Assembly: GCA_030141605.1 (NCBI GenBank)
Contig: JAQGDQ010000237.1
Span: forward strand, 62,001-126,000
Direction: 5' to 3'
Length of the DNA: 64,000 nt
Source of the DNA: Tubiluchus corallicola
Taxonomy: Eukaryota > Animalia > Priapulida
In this document: in pieces, positions 12,867 through 26,671 of the stretch
Layout: each line of letters starts with the position of its first letter
Position numbering within the stretch: the stretch's first letter is position 1
The notes under the pieces: generated by a model
What the model saw: the letters and a program-made list of their open reading frames with translations, nothing else
The model's database searches: none
What the model was told of the DNA's origin: nothing
Program-made: the position numbers and the translations under genes

Positions 12867-15507
12867 CCACAATTTCCACTGATAACTGACCACCAGTTAA
12901 AATTACAATGTTGTCATAACGGCTTCTCAATCTTTATAGCAAGCAATTGTAGTTTAATGCAACATTCTACATTATTGCTACAACTTGGTAAACAAACTAA
13001 CTGTGAATACTTTACACATCTAAACAGTAGATAGCAAACATAAACTTATACAAACAATAAGTTGTAATTATTATTAGTATTAATGGTAAAATTAACAGCG
13101 ATGTATTAGTTCCTATCAGTGGCAGCTTTATAACAAATATTCACAAATAACTGTAAACTATAAACATTAAACCCAAAAGAAATTTTATCTTTAATTCTCG
13201 AAAAAGGATTTAGACAATGTCACACCCATTAGATGGTAAAAGCTAATTATCTTATTACAATCAATAACAGTGCAATCATTCTCAACAGCTGAACAACTCT
13301 TGAAGCTCAATATCAAAAAAAAGAAAAGAACGACACTTCTGCTGTGAATTACTACAACTGCATCTTAAATTACTACAAATATTGATAAATACGTCAGATA
13401 ACTTAAACGAGAGCATACGGGTTACATATACGCAACTTGGACACATTGTCTGATGAATTTCATCACGGCTAATATATAAACATTTTTTATTTTGAAATTA
13501 AATTCCTAATGCAAGGCTCACTTTTAGCAAGAAAGGCTGTACTTCATGAAGCTAGAATGCAATACATTTGATTTGATAAAAATAATAATAATAACTAATT
13601 GTATTTCTCTATGCAGTAAACAAGAACACTGAACACACAGAGTCATTTTGGTTATAAATGTGCTAAAGGGATAAAAAATTAGCATATATGTTAAATTATG
13701 TTTATGTAAAATTTATACAATGTCGTTCGCGCCAACACTATGCGATTACAAAATATAATGCCAAACTGACTATCAAAAAATGAACATAGAACAATGCAGT
13801 AGTGTGGTTTGGCTAATGCATAAGCTACTAATATTTTGTACATACAGTACTAAGAAGTAGGGTTTACACCTATGTAATGCCGTAATGAACGAAAACGCCA
13901 TAGAAATTGGTAAGAAAATTGTACAGAAAAAATTATTTATGTACGTTCTGCCAAAAACAATTAAAAATCATTATTCTCATATATTTTTTGAGATAAACAA
14001 AATCGTCGGGTAGCAATTCTTCCACAGACCTAAAGACTAAAATTTATTATTCCAACCACCAGATAACAAAAAGAATGTGAAATAAATGAAAAAAGCATAA
14101 CACGAAATAACATACGTAAGAAATATAAAAAAATCAGGTAAAACATTTCACCTTATTTTGAATACACACAAATGTATGTCTCTATAAAGGAACAATGATC
14201 TGATAGGATTGAAAACTAATTATCTCACAAGTACAAAATAATTTCTAACCAGAACCATAGATATTTTACATAAAAGGCCAGATATTTCATACCAATGATC
14301 AAAACCAAGCAGAAACTTCTCAACAATCAAAAACTCATTTCATTAACGCAATTCACTTAATCAACAACAAAAGCAGGGAATATCATACATGGATTAATTA
14401 AATCACTATTTGTTGGCTATTTACATTTTTACATATGTATACATAAGTATGTATTAACAACTATATCAGTGGTATACTAACGAAAACAATGTACATGTTA
14501 GTAATAGAAATACAAACAAAAACAACAATATGAAAGCTATATTTAGAAAGATATGGAAACAAACACAAACATACTACTGCTATGAACCAAAATACATACA
14601 CATTTTTTTTACTTTTTTCAATAAAGCAATTCACACTGTAAAAAATAACTTTGAACAAAAATTAGGCGATAATAAAGAATCCCACTGCAACCATCATAGG
14701 GTAATATACACGACAGGGGGCACCTCATACTAATAAAATGAAGACACAAAATCACGCTACTAGTGTCAAAATGGTTTTCATACTATGTAAATTAATAAAC
14801 GCATATAGAAATTGAGATAGATACAGTTCTTAACTACAGCAAGTTATTATTACACACCGGAAGCACTAAAGAAAGGTTTGCTCTAAGCGTTCAGACGAAA
14901 ATCGTTTGGTGACACATCATCGCGTGAGAGGATAAGACACAAGAACAACTACGGCAAATGTGTACTGTACACAGTATAAGACAGGCCACAGATACAGACC
15001 AATTACTTTAAATGTAAGAAAAGTTAACATGGAAATAGACCTAAAGGTTACTAGCAATCACCTAGGCAAACATTTAGAAAATTAAACATATGCATATAGA
15101 TACACATAGTTGAAAGTTTTTGCAAAAATGTACATATCATTTTCTAAATGACAAAAATCTACAGGCCAGTTATAAAAATTAGTTAATATAGCGAAACGTA
15201 CACACTAGTTACACAAAAGAAAACTAAATAAATAGTTTTCATTATTACAGCAGGTGAACGGGCCTTTACCCATAGAAAATACGGCTACTCAGAATTAATA
15301 AGTGAAAGTAGTCACGGTTTATTTTCTTAGGAGAAAAGTTAATATTTTACTTAACTCTTCCAGTTTGCAGTACTTCTTTGCGACTAATGCAAGGTGCCTT
15401 CTTCTAAAGACTTTTCTTGTAAAAATGGATATTACAATTCGCATGACATCTATGACATCTTGACCTTCTTTGAGAATATGCAGTACACATGATTATGCTG
15501 TCGCTAA

Positions 15508-16089
15508 CTCTTTCAGGACCGTAAGCATTTGCTGCATTTTGCATAGACTCATGAAAAACTGCTCTCACTAAGCAACGATTATAATTGTATTCGGTAATTT
15601 TTGTAGGTTTCTACTCATGTAAAATTATATATGAAATGCATTTGCTTACCTTAGACAAATTAAAAATAGATTTTTGTCAAAAAATTTTCAGTAGTTTTTA
15701 AGGAAAACTTCCTGTTAAAAGATGGGATGCCCCTATCTGCCCCTTAGCTGCTAGGTTGGCTTTTCCTGGTATTCTCTACAGGAAAGAGTCTTTTGGGCTG
15801 TAGCAAGCGAGCAATTAATATAATAGTGCGTAAGATCACGCAAGTGTACACCAGACTAAGCTACTCAATAGGCTAAGTTGGAGTGCCTGAAAAGGGCGTG
15901 TTTATCTTAATTTTATCCAATTAAATCACTTGTAAATGCTTACGAAAATAGCATGATTGGATAGCCGAGAATTTCCTGAATAGAACAGTAGCTAATTTGC
16001 AATCATTTAGTTATGTCTGTGTTCATACAAGTAGCAGAAAAGTCATAGGTCTTACAAGACCTATTTTGAGTGGTGCGGTCCTGAAGGAG
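15508..16089. mobile_element. TTAA-type (piggyBac-like) MITE, family A copy 1
   Basis: CTCTTTCAGGACCG...CGGTCCTGAAGGAG flanked by CTAA/TTAA; inverted homolog at 40729-41434. Confidence 0.75.
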
Positions 16090-17579
16090 TTAAACTGCAA
16101 GCGCGAAGTATCAAGTCCAAATTAACGAAAAAATGCATGATTTTACTGCAACACAAGAGCATGAAAGCTATCATCATTTTTAACCACAACGCTAAAGGCA
16201 AAGGCAAGGAAACAAAACAACTGCTGAACAATTATTCATGTGACTGCAAATAGTGCAATTGCAAGTTTCATTGTTGTGCCTGATTAACTTACTGGCCATT
16301 GAGTAATTTCACTTTTTAACACAATATTTGTTAATTTTTTATAATGAGTATCTGCAGGTAAAAACAGTCAACGGATCTATTAAGAGGGGTTCTTAAGTTT
16401 TATAATGATCACATTTTTGTGTCAGGATCATTTTTGGGCTTTGTGCATTTTTGGAAAATTTATTGAATGTTTTATGCCGTTTTGTTCAGTAAATGAAGCG
16501 TTTTTCATGGAATACCATTGGATTTTTCATAAGGGTTAAAATTATTTGCCTGTTTAAACAAAAATAGCCAACATTTTCAAATAGCTAATGAAATGTCCAA
16601 CAAGAATATGTTATTTATGCAAATGATGGATCTAAACTTTTTGTGCACTAATGATATTTGCAAATAAATTGTGTAAAATTCCACGCAGCAGCAAGTCATA
16701 GCTTAGCTGGAACAATAGGTTGCCATGGTGTTTGTGACACGCAGCTGCTATGTTCATTGTCCTGCTGTAGTTTCTAGCATCAAACTGCCAGAATGGGCAT
16801 TGCTAAAGTTGGCGTTGCTATGGTGACTGAGCAATTTTTTGTCTGCCATCTAGGGGCGAGTTAAAGAAACAATGCAAAGTGTGCAATTGCATTACTTGCA
16901 GTCGTACGTGAACAGAGAACAACTTAGCTAGCCCGAGTGGCTTATTTACAATATTGGATGCATAGGAAGCCTGAGCTAAGACAGAATGACGGGCAGGCTG
17001 CTACGAACAATCAGAGGTACATATGTATATATATCTAGTTAATTCAACAAACACCAGCACCAAAATGACCATTTACATTACATAATACTTCTGTAATTTG
17101 TACATTTGATTATATATCACAGCTATAGCAGCCAACACTTTTTGTAAGATATCCACAAAAATGAATAAAATTAGGATCTTCACCACCAGGCATCGAAATT
17201 TCAAAAACTGAGCCACACCTGAAAACTCAAAAATCATAAAACTTTGCAAGACGGAACAAGTGAACAAACAACGTCCAACAACATTCATCCGAACACTGTC
17301 TTTTCGATTAATTGGGAATTCATTGTCTAACTTCATACTGTTGAGAGCTCAGATTATACATAAATACATGTAATACAATGCATTCTGAGGCAAATAAACA
17401 CTCTTATACTAAATTATTTTATGTCTATGACGCTTTCTGATTTTCAAACAAATTTGCTGCCACAAAATACGAGTTAAATTTTTTCAGTCATTCAATGTAT
17501 CAGCTCCTGTTGTACAGAACTTTAACGTAGCAGCCCCTAGGTAGCTAGTTCTGAGATAGCATACTTCAAATCATCAAGC

Positions 17580-17987
17580 CAAGGCCGTAGTCGGCGGTCC
17601 GGCCGGTCCGGCCATGGCCGGACCACTTTTTCTGCCATACGTGCCTAGACATTCTCAGCCCTGCGTAGAGTAAAAACTTATTTGCGGAGTACGATGACTC
17701 AAACTAGACTGAACAATCTCATGACTTTGCATGTACATATGGATAGAACAGACGCTCTCGACCTGAAAGAAATTGCGAACGAGTTTACTGCTAGAAATGA
17801 GCGGCGCAGATGTGTGTTTGGAAGTTCTAATCAATCATGTCATCATTGAGTATGTGTAGTGCTCTATTATATTATAACTCTGTATTATAAATTATAATAT
17901 ACTCTTCTATATGTTGCTGCTGTATTCTTCTTCTACCTGTTCCGTATCTGTGGCCGGACCACTTTTCAAAAGCCGACTACGGCCCTG
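17580..17987 (+). mobile_element. Internally deleted hAT transposon with transposase C-terminal remnant
   Basis: TIR CAAGGCCGTAGTCGGC / GCCGACTACGGCCCTG; 17649-17849 encodes TFSALRRVKTYLRSTMTQTRLNNLMTLHVH...(hATC dimerization region); CAAGC on both flanks. Confidence 0.9.
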
Positions 17988-18558
17988 CAAGCAGATGTTG
18001 AAATTTCGTTACCTGAGGTAAAGACCTACTAAGTACCCATTCTAGCACACCTACTTCTTCTGAGAGAATTTTAATATAATATAAACCATTAGCCCAAACG
18101 TTTTCACTAAATCTGAAGATTCATTAATAACCGACTAATGATAATGAAATTTTTTTCTATTTCGTAATTATTATTATTAGTACATGCAGAAGAATTGTGA
18201 CGTATCTGAATGAAAGAAATACACTAGGGCAACCCTTTGTCAAAAATGGAAGTAGATCAAGCAGAAAATGTATCGACTAGTACGAAAATTTCTATAGCCT
18301 TAGCACATATTTTAAAGAATGCTTTACATTCTAGCTAAATATTCGTTTCATTATTTACAAAAATATTAGTTCCAACTAAATGACTCAACTGATAAACTCA
18401 CGAAAAGAAGCAGAAGCAACTTTTTAAGACGTCAAGTGCCGCCAAATCAGCACATTTCAGTTCACCAAGCGCTGTCCAATCATCTCTTCTCAGTTAACTT
18501 TATACAATATTTGTAGCTTCCTGAGCCCCAAACTCAAAAGTATTTGTAAATTTACCCT

Positions 18559-19493
18559 CTAAGAGAAATACTGATACGAGCCGTCTGCAGAGTTCAGGTT
18601 TTTCACCAAATTTAGAGGATCTACACTCTTCGGGGAAACTGCGGGAGACCTGGCACCGGGAGGTTTTCGCAGCACACCAGCGTACGTCAACTGTTCAGGT
18701 GGAGATGACGGTGGTGATGTCGGCGACGTCAATTCAAAAGAAGCAGAGGAAGTGTGAAGTTCTGATGTTGGTGCCAGCCCCAACAATCCTTGTGGGGCGG
18801 CAAACGATTCAGGATGATGAACCGGTTGCCCCATTTTCCTCGAGTCCATGTATAACTGAGACGGCCGTGGATCGTACAAGTAAGCATCCTGGATTATGTT
18901 TTCCGGCCTGTTATTGAGCATATCTTGTTGGATATTCAACAAGCGCATCTGCCGTTGCAAAAGATGCAATCTTTCCGCGTTGAGAAAGCTGATTCGCTCC
19001 TCGTCATTGAGAAAGTTTATGCGTTCCTCGCGGAGCCGAGTGTCCGACTGATCGAAATGTGCCATGGTATCAAAAACGTCTGGTTCGCGATCGTAGCGCA
19101 CTCTCAGCTGCGGCATTTTTCGCATATACAGCGGATGCGAATCATTTGTCCACTGGTCTCTGAAGTTCTGCTGTAGTGCTTCCAGCGAAGATCCCTGAAG
19201 TTCTCGGTCAATGGATTCCTGAATGAAACGAACAACCCGATCTTTTTCATCTTGATCCTCCCACGGAAGGGAGCGGAAATCCGTGTCCGGATGAGGAGGA
19301 GAAAAACGACCGCTGAAATCGGAATCGAGTGAAAATCCGTGCGCGTCATAACCATTAAGGCATGAATTACCTGACTGAGCTTGAGCGTATAACATATGTC
19401 TCCCGTCCTCCTGCCGCATGCGATGATGTAAGTTGTTGTACATCCGAGCACGTTCACGCACCTGATCTGCATAATTCTCAGCAGCTTCCTTAC
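18559..19493 (-). CDS. HELZ: HELZ exon 28 (last coding exon)
   Basis: KEAAENYADQV...LTYAGVLRKPP...GSYQYFS*; the YAxxLR and terminal YxYF motifs resemble the HELZ C-terminus as I recall it. Confidence 0.85.
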
Positions 19494-19519
19494 CTGAAAT
19501 ATCACCATAAATGTATATA

Positions 19520-20336
19520 CAGTAGGAGCCCTTTATCAGACCCATGGTTAATAGAATCAGTCGCCTAATTGATTCAAAAACGTCTGGTACAGGCAGCTCC
19601 TATTCAAATGTACATAAAAACTGTCAGTTATGACTCATATAACTCAGTATAATTAACTCAATATTTTTCCTTCGCAAAGTTGAAATAAGACACTTGTGGG
19701 CACCCAAAGAGCTTTTGCTGCTTTTATGTCATCATTACGTCTATTTTGTGCGCTATAATATACGTAGAAACAGTCATGTTAAGTACAGTTTTGTTTGTAA
19801 GCAGGTACAGTGTATTTATCATATGTGCTAATATGTTAGTGTAGTAGTTTTGCTTTGAATCTGTCACCGGCTTGTCCACTACAATTAACCTCGTTTCTGG
19901 AAGCTAAACATTTAATCACTTCCCAGCAGTTTATTTTTGAAGTTCACGCTGCTTTTCACAGGTGAAACAAGGTCAAGCACTAGGTGACCAGGTGTTTTGA
20001 GTGAACATATGAAGTATACAGCAACAGGTTTTTAACGCTATGAGAATTTCACCATCCAACTTCTTCGTGAAGATATGAAGCAACTGACCTTGCATGAACT
20101 TTCGTAATTTTTAATGGTAATAATCAGATTCGGGTGATTTTATTTTATTTTCTTTTTTATTATTTATTTCATTTCTAAAATTCACATAAAGCCTTTACAA
20201 TGCATATTAACTACTAAGGTGGTGAGTGATGACTCTAAAGTAGTAATAGGCTAGACCTGTCGGTTAATTGACTCAGTCGGTTAATTGGGTCAAAACACTT
20301 CCATCTCAAAGTGAGTCTATTAAGCGACTGCTACTG
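19520..20336. mobile_element. Tc1/mariner (Tigger-like) MITE, family B copy 1
   Basis: TA|CAGTAG...CTACTG|TA ends; colinear with 39042-39911. Confidence 0.8.
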
Positions 20337-20895
20337 TACACATATAATTTAAAATTAGGATTAAACATACAAGACTGAGATTATTCATATAACACAGTCA
20401 CATTTCTCTCCTTGGTAAAGACGCTTTTACAATCAAATGTGACCTCAAACATCAGGTCAAAGCCAGTGTGAAAAAAGTCAAGCACTCCACACAAATATGT
20501 ACTACATAAATGGCAACAGAAAAATACGTGTTGTAGCAAGCATATTAGCAAAGCTGCAAAATATCAGAGGAATATCATAGGAATAGCGCAATCTATGTCA
20601 ACATAACACGAATCTATTATCTTTCTTCCTACCATTTCCACTAACACATCCTTCTACCCTTCCTGTGTGATCTAGCCTTTCTCCCAGATCTTTTTTTTTT
20701 TGTTCACTCATCCATTCTTTTTTTATCGGGTTCACATGACAGTGGGCTTATACAAGCCTTTGCTTCTCTAGCCCACTGCAGTACAATCATTCTTTCATGA
20801 TTACGATAGTGTATGAAACATAACAATTTAAGACAGTAGATGTAATAATTTTGATGTCACTGTGTTCTTAATGTCATAATATTGTACTGAATGTG

Positions 20896-20896
<1 letters not shown>

Positions 20897-20953
<57 letters not shown>
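20897..20953. repeat. (AAT)n microsatellite
   Basis: Direct observation. Confidence 0.95.
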
Positions 20954-20954
<1 letters not shown>

Positions 20955-21337
20955 CCGAGATCTTCAAAAATTCAAAATCTGATTAGTTGTATGCAGTTTG
21001 AATCAGTAGCAACCATGTCAAACTAAATAGACTAAGTGACTGAAAGCAATACGATTTTCCAAGAAGTTCTAAGCAACTTTTACACAGACAAACAGCTACA
21101 AACATTAGTTGAGACGTGTTCATTTTCTTTCTTAACATAGTTGACTTTCTTTTAATTATAAATGATAAAAATTGAGGTCTAAGTAGCAAGCAGATTGGAA
21201 AGCCGCATTTTATAACATCTTTGAATAATGAAAAAAATCTCTTAACTTTTAAATAAATTAATTGCACAGAAAACTAGGTGCTTTCTTGAACAAGTTAAAT
21301 TAAAAACACAATAGACCCTCAATTAACAACTACATAC

Positions 21338-21536
21338 CTTGAGTCTGAAGTAGGTGATTGTACCATTCCTGATGAAGCTTATAAGATGGTATCGTGTGGG
21401 ATGGATACGGCCAGCTCTTTGCCGAATTGCCAGTAGATGCACCGATACCAACTGTACCAGATCCGGTGAGATCCACATCGGATGAACCAATTCTTTCTGC
21501 ATCACCGCCAGCACCTACTGTAGTCGCAACTGACGG
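21338..21536 (-). CDS. HELZ: HELZ exon 27
   Basis: PSVATTVGAGG...LHQEWYNHLLQTQG; phases 0/1. Confidence 0.8.
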
Positions 21537-21936
21537 CTATAAAAATAAACTTATTGATATACCATTTCCTGCAGATTAAGTACAAAAGTAAACACCTTTA
21601 TACAAATTAAAGTGATCAATCCTTATTTGGACATTTTTAGTTACAGTCTTCAAAATTTTCCTGTTTGTCAACTGCGAGTTGAATTAAATACCTGCACAAG
21701 TCAACCTAATCATCTTGAGAAATAGGTTTACAATTTACAATTTAATTTTAATTCTAAAGGTCCCTACAGGTAGTTTTTTGAGTAAAGCACTCAGCACGTC
21801 CATCTAGAAGGTTCCCGTTATTTCTATCTATGAAGGAATCACAAATTCATGCCTTGTTCGCATGGAGTTGTTGAATAAATATACGAACAAATTATCTTAA
21901 CTACTTAGTTAACCATGATTAGTAAGTAATTAGTAA

Positions 21937-22213
21937 GTTATGTCAATTTAATACGTCGGTTATGCCAATTTTATATGTCGGTTATGTCAATTTGTCGGTT
22001 ATGTCAATTTACTATGTCAGTTACGTCAATTTTCTATGTCGGTTATGTCAATTTACTATGTCGGTTATGTCAATTTGCTATGTCAGTTACGTCAATTTTC
22101 TATGTCAGTTCTGTCAATCTACTATGTTGGTTATGTCAGTTTACTATTATGTTTATGTCAATTTACTATGTCAATTACATCAATTTTCTGTCGGTTATGT
22201 CAATTTACTATGT
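21937..22213. repeat. ~22-bp minisatellite (TATGTCGGTTATGTCAATTTAC)
   Basis: Same unit recurs at 27275-27548. Confidence 0.88.
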
Positions 22214-22344
22214 GATTAGTAAGTCATTAGTCCTGATATGTAGTTCAAATAAAAACATTCGTTTTATAAACAGTAAAATGAGCCGCATTAACATTAATAT
22301 AGTTGCACATATAATGGCAGATTCTTGAAAAATGAAAATGAAAG

Positions 22345-22757
22345 TTATGCTCATATCTCGGTTTGCCGGACCTCGCTTTTACGGATATCGGAAGAATCGG
22401 ACAAAATCTGGACTGTTAAAAGTCCCGCATGCTACGGACACAATTCGATGTTTCGCGAGCCGACCACTAGTTGGTGGGCCGCCACTTTGTTTACATCATT
22501 ACATCAGCATGTCAGCATGTTCAAGTGGTTTAATCAACGTGTTTAAGTAGTTAATTTGAGTCAATTAACGATAGTTTTTATATACTTTTGGATAGGAGCG
22601 GCCCATATTAGACATTTTAGGTGATTGATTCTACATTACCGTGAGTCTAATACATGGCGCCTTATATATTAGCTTAGTATCGGTAAATACGGACAATCGG
22701 CAAATTTGGACCGACATCTCCCATTTTTGTCCGGCAAACCACGATATAAGTGCATTA
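22345..22757. mobile_element. Putative MITE
   Basis: Imperfect inverted ends containing GGTTTGCCGGAC / GTCCGGCAAACC; TSD unclear. Confidence 0.5.
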
Positions 22758-22936
22758 TATGCCTAATCCTAAATTTAGTTTTTATTTAGCATGTCAAAGT
22801 ATATAATCATATTAACAAATAATTTTATTCTATTAAATAGAATATCCAAATTTGTTGCTCTGCATGGTGGAACCTTGTACAAAATGAACAGCAGTAGAAA
22901 GTTTACTTCTACAAGGTAACTTCTATTATGACCTAC

Positions 22937-23712
22937 CTGGTTTAGACTAGAGGACAGTGAGTTCAAAAAGCTGCTGCTGACATTGTTGTAGATGGCACTG
23001 CTGTTGCTATTCCCTAACGTTGGTTGTACGCCAGAAGAGTGATTCATGTTAGAGTTAAATGTCACCGATCCTGCAACATTGGTGCCCATCGCTGGGTGCA
23101 CTGAAGCAGCAACACTGCAGCCCAGTGATGGATGAACGGAACCGCCAGCACTGGTGCCCATTCCCGAGTTCACTGAGCCTGCAACACCGGCGCCCATTCC
23201 CGAGTTCACTGAGCCTGCAACACCGGCGCCCATTCCCGAGTTCACTGAGCCTGCAACACCGGCGCCCATTCCCGAGTTCACTGAGCCTGCAACACCGGCG
23301 CCCATTCCCGAGTTCACCGAGCCTGCAACACCGGCGCCCATTCCCGAGTTCACTGAGCCTGCAACACCGGCGCCCATTCCCAAGTTCACCGAGCCTGCAA
23401 CACCGGCGCCCATTCCCGAGTTCACCGAGCCTGCAACACCGGCGCCCATTCCCGAGTTCACCGAGCCTGCAACACCGGCGCCCATTCCCGAGTTCACTGA
23501 GCCTGAAATACTGGTGCCCATTGCTGCGAGCAATGAACTTGCAGCATTGGTACCCATCACTGGATGCATAATCGGAGAATTGATGCTTGCGAGGAGTGCG
23601 TTCTGGCCTGCCGTTAGGCTTCCTGGACTTGGTACGGCAGCTGAAGAACTTGTAGCGCTGGGTAGAGGAGCCATGCTGTTGGAGGTGGTCATTTGCTCCA
23701 TGCTGTTGCTTG
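22937..23712 (-). CDS. HELZ: HELZ exon 26 (low complexity, 12-aa repeat)
   Basis: Acceptor at 23715-23713 gives the required phase 1; contains (GMGAGVAGSVNS)n; GTAGGT donor. Confidence 0.8.
23150..23522. repeat. 36-bp coding tandem repeat inside HELZ exon 26, ~10 copies
   Basis: CCCATTCCCGAGTTCACTGAGCCTGCAACACCGGCG; minus strand encodes GMGAGVAGSVNS. Confidence 0.95.
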
Positions 23713-23897
23713 CTGAAATAATTATTGAACTATAAACGCAAGTAAACAAGAACAAAAATAATCATTAAAGTTTACAAAAGAATGACAATCAAATGTTTAA
23801 CGTGAATAACTTTAACAGGAAAAAATACCAACGACATTTTCAAGCACTAAAAAGAGCATACACACTGTGAAATTACTGAAACGATATTGGCACTTAC

Positions 23898-24072
23898 TTT
23901 GTGGACTCAGTGAAGAAAATGCCGCATCAATCGGCGATACTAAAGGTAGTAGGTGTGGCTCTTCTGGTTTTGGAACATACCCCCGATTTGGAGAGGGTGC
24001 CGGAGGAGAGTGAACAGTGTTTAAGAATGGCACAGTTTTCGAAACAACAGGACTGTGATTTCCAATGCAAAC
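23898..24072 (-). CDS. HELZ: HELZ exon 25
   Basis: VCIGNHSPVVSKTVPFLN...SLSPQ; GTAAGT donor, phases 0/1. Confidence 0.75.
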
Positions 24073-24565
24073 CTACGTAAAGAAGAGATTGATAATATTT
24101 TCCAGCATTCTTAGTCATCGCTTATAATTATAATACAGATTAAAACTTACAAAACCAAAGAACTAATACCTAAAGAAAAGTATTACGAGAGCTAAAAAAT
24201 TCGAACAGCAATTGGGTTAACATATTTCAATGAGTTTTCTTGGATGAATATAAAAAGAATATTAACCAAAAAACCATTAAAGCATCCCTAATTTTTATTT
24301 GCAACCCAAAATTTCAAAAATATCCGTAAAACACTACATTTAGTGAGTATTCAGGTTAATACAGCCACTGAACACTAAATCAAACTGTTGCTCTAATAAA
24401 TACACTTTAACTGTAGCACGAATCGGAAGTGGTGCTGACAAGTCACTGGCATAGCACTATCTAGTTTTTTGCTGGATTAACTGCTATGTTTACCCGTCTT
24501 AAGGACAGATTTCTTTTATTTTAGAGCTCTGCCTGCCCAATGTCTACAATAGATGTAATGGGTAT

Positions 24566-24814
<249 letters not shown>

Positions 24815-24990
24815 TGTAACATGCACCATGAACAATACCCATCACTCACCAAACATTCACCAAATGCTGGAAAATGTTTTATGTTGCCAAAGAAACAAGA
24901 AATGATCTAGAAAAAATTCGTAAAACTGAAAGGTCCTTATTTATATATAATCTTAATCCTCAAAATAAGGTCTTTATCTACAATACTTAC

Positions 24991-25088
24991 TTGAGCTGAA
25001 CTTTGCACTATAGATGTCGGTGTAGATGGTGAAGACTGTAATTGAGTATCTGACTGCTTATTGTTACTTTCAGCTGTAACCTTCATAT
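24991..25088 (-). CDS. HELZ: HELZ exon 24
   Basis: DMKVTAESNNKQ...SSAQ; GTAAGT donor, phases 1/0. Confidence 0.7.
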
Positions 25089-25661
25089 CTATAAAACACG
25101 GATAATGATAAGTATGAAAATAAAAGGTCAAGTGAAATTCTATTTTTTTAAAAAGATGCAATTCAAAATTTACGGGAATTTTTCCCACGAGAAGCTCTTG
25201 CAAAAGGAAATGGATGAAATAACAGAGGCATGAAAGTCACAAATTAGCATGGAATTGAACTAAAGACTGTTGGATTACCAACTGAATGCCATGACCACTA
25301 GACTACAGAGTCCCTTGTAAATAAAGTGAATGGGTAACTGGGTAAATTACTCAATGGAGTCCATAAACAAGCTAATGGAGCAAGACACGCACTTGCAAAA
25401 GTAAGCAGAAGAGGTCAAAACACATAAAAAATCAAGAACTAATTGATTTACTTCAAACAAATGATGAAAATAGAAGCAAGTTTGATACTAGTAACAATTT
25501 TAGAACAAAAGTCAAATAAAACATTGCATTAAACACTTCTCTATGTTAATGTTTAGATAAAAAACTGAACGGAATAACAACATGGTCTAGAAGTTTTTAA
25601 TTTTCCAAATAAGGAAACTTCCGCTTATTTGCACTCTAGTCAGCTATTAAAAACATCAATA

Positions 25662-26616
25662 CAGTAGGCGCCGCTTAACAGACTCACATTGGGACCGAAG
25701 TGTTTTGACCCAATTAACCACCTGAACCTATTAACCGATAGTATTACAGGTATAGAAGTATTTGTCGCCAACTTACTATGCACTGCAATGGTTTTTAATG
25801 AATTTTAGAAACAAAGTAATGCCTAAATTCCTTTGTGCAGTTAAAAATTAGAAAAAATATTTTAAAAATATTAATTTATATAAGTGAATTCACAATAAAT
25901 TAAAAAGTATACTTTTTTATGTCACACAACTCTGTTTATTTGCAAAAATTACAAAAATTGCTTCAAAGTCGGCTGCTTCATTTTATCGAGAAGAAGTTGG
26001 CTCACAAAGTTCCCTTAATGATAAAAAAGTTGAAAATCTCTTGTTGTGTGATGCCCAAATTCTCGTAAAATACTTACCTTGGCATGCTTAAACTGTTGGT
26101 GGAGCCCATTTACCCCCAACCCCCACCCCCACCCCAAGTAGCCTCGTCTGTAGTTTCGCCTAAGCTCCCGCTTGCTATTGTGACATGCGTCCCTGGCATA
26201 ACAGCAACATCTAACTGATCAAACTGGGACAGACAGGCAGAACTTCAAAAGCAAACCGCCAAGCAAGTGATTAAATGTTTGGCTTCTAGGAATTGTTGGG
26301 TAACAAGGTTAATTGCAGTGGACCGGCGGGTCAAAGCAAACCATTATGCTAACATATTAGCATATGATAAACATTTCTGCTTACACACAAAACGGTACTT
26401 AACATGATTGTTTGTATGTATATTATAGGACAAAAGCGAACTAAGATGATGTAAAAGTCATAAAAGCTTATTAGTCACACGAAAGTGTCTTATTTTGAGT
26501 ATGTGAACCAAAAATATTGAGTCAATTATGCAGAGTTATTTGAGTCAACCAGGCATTTTTGAGTCAATTAAGCAAGTGAGTCTATTAAGCGTGAGTCTAT
26601 TAAGCGGTGCCTACTG
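25662..26616. mobile_element. Tigger-like MITE, family B copy 2 (inverted)
   Basis: TIR CAGTAGGCGCCGCTTAA / TTAAGCGGTGCCTACTG with TA TSD. Confidence 0.8.
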
Positions 26617-26671
26617 TATTACCAGATATTGTACACATTAATGTAGTCGCTGAAAAAACAAAAGAGCGTAC

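Noticed and set aside
23059-23735. Plus-strand repeat ORFs (PIPEFTEPATPA)n and (SLQHRRPFPSS)n
   Set aside because: Antisense shadows of HELZ exon 26, whose splice phases fit the minus strand.
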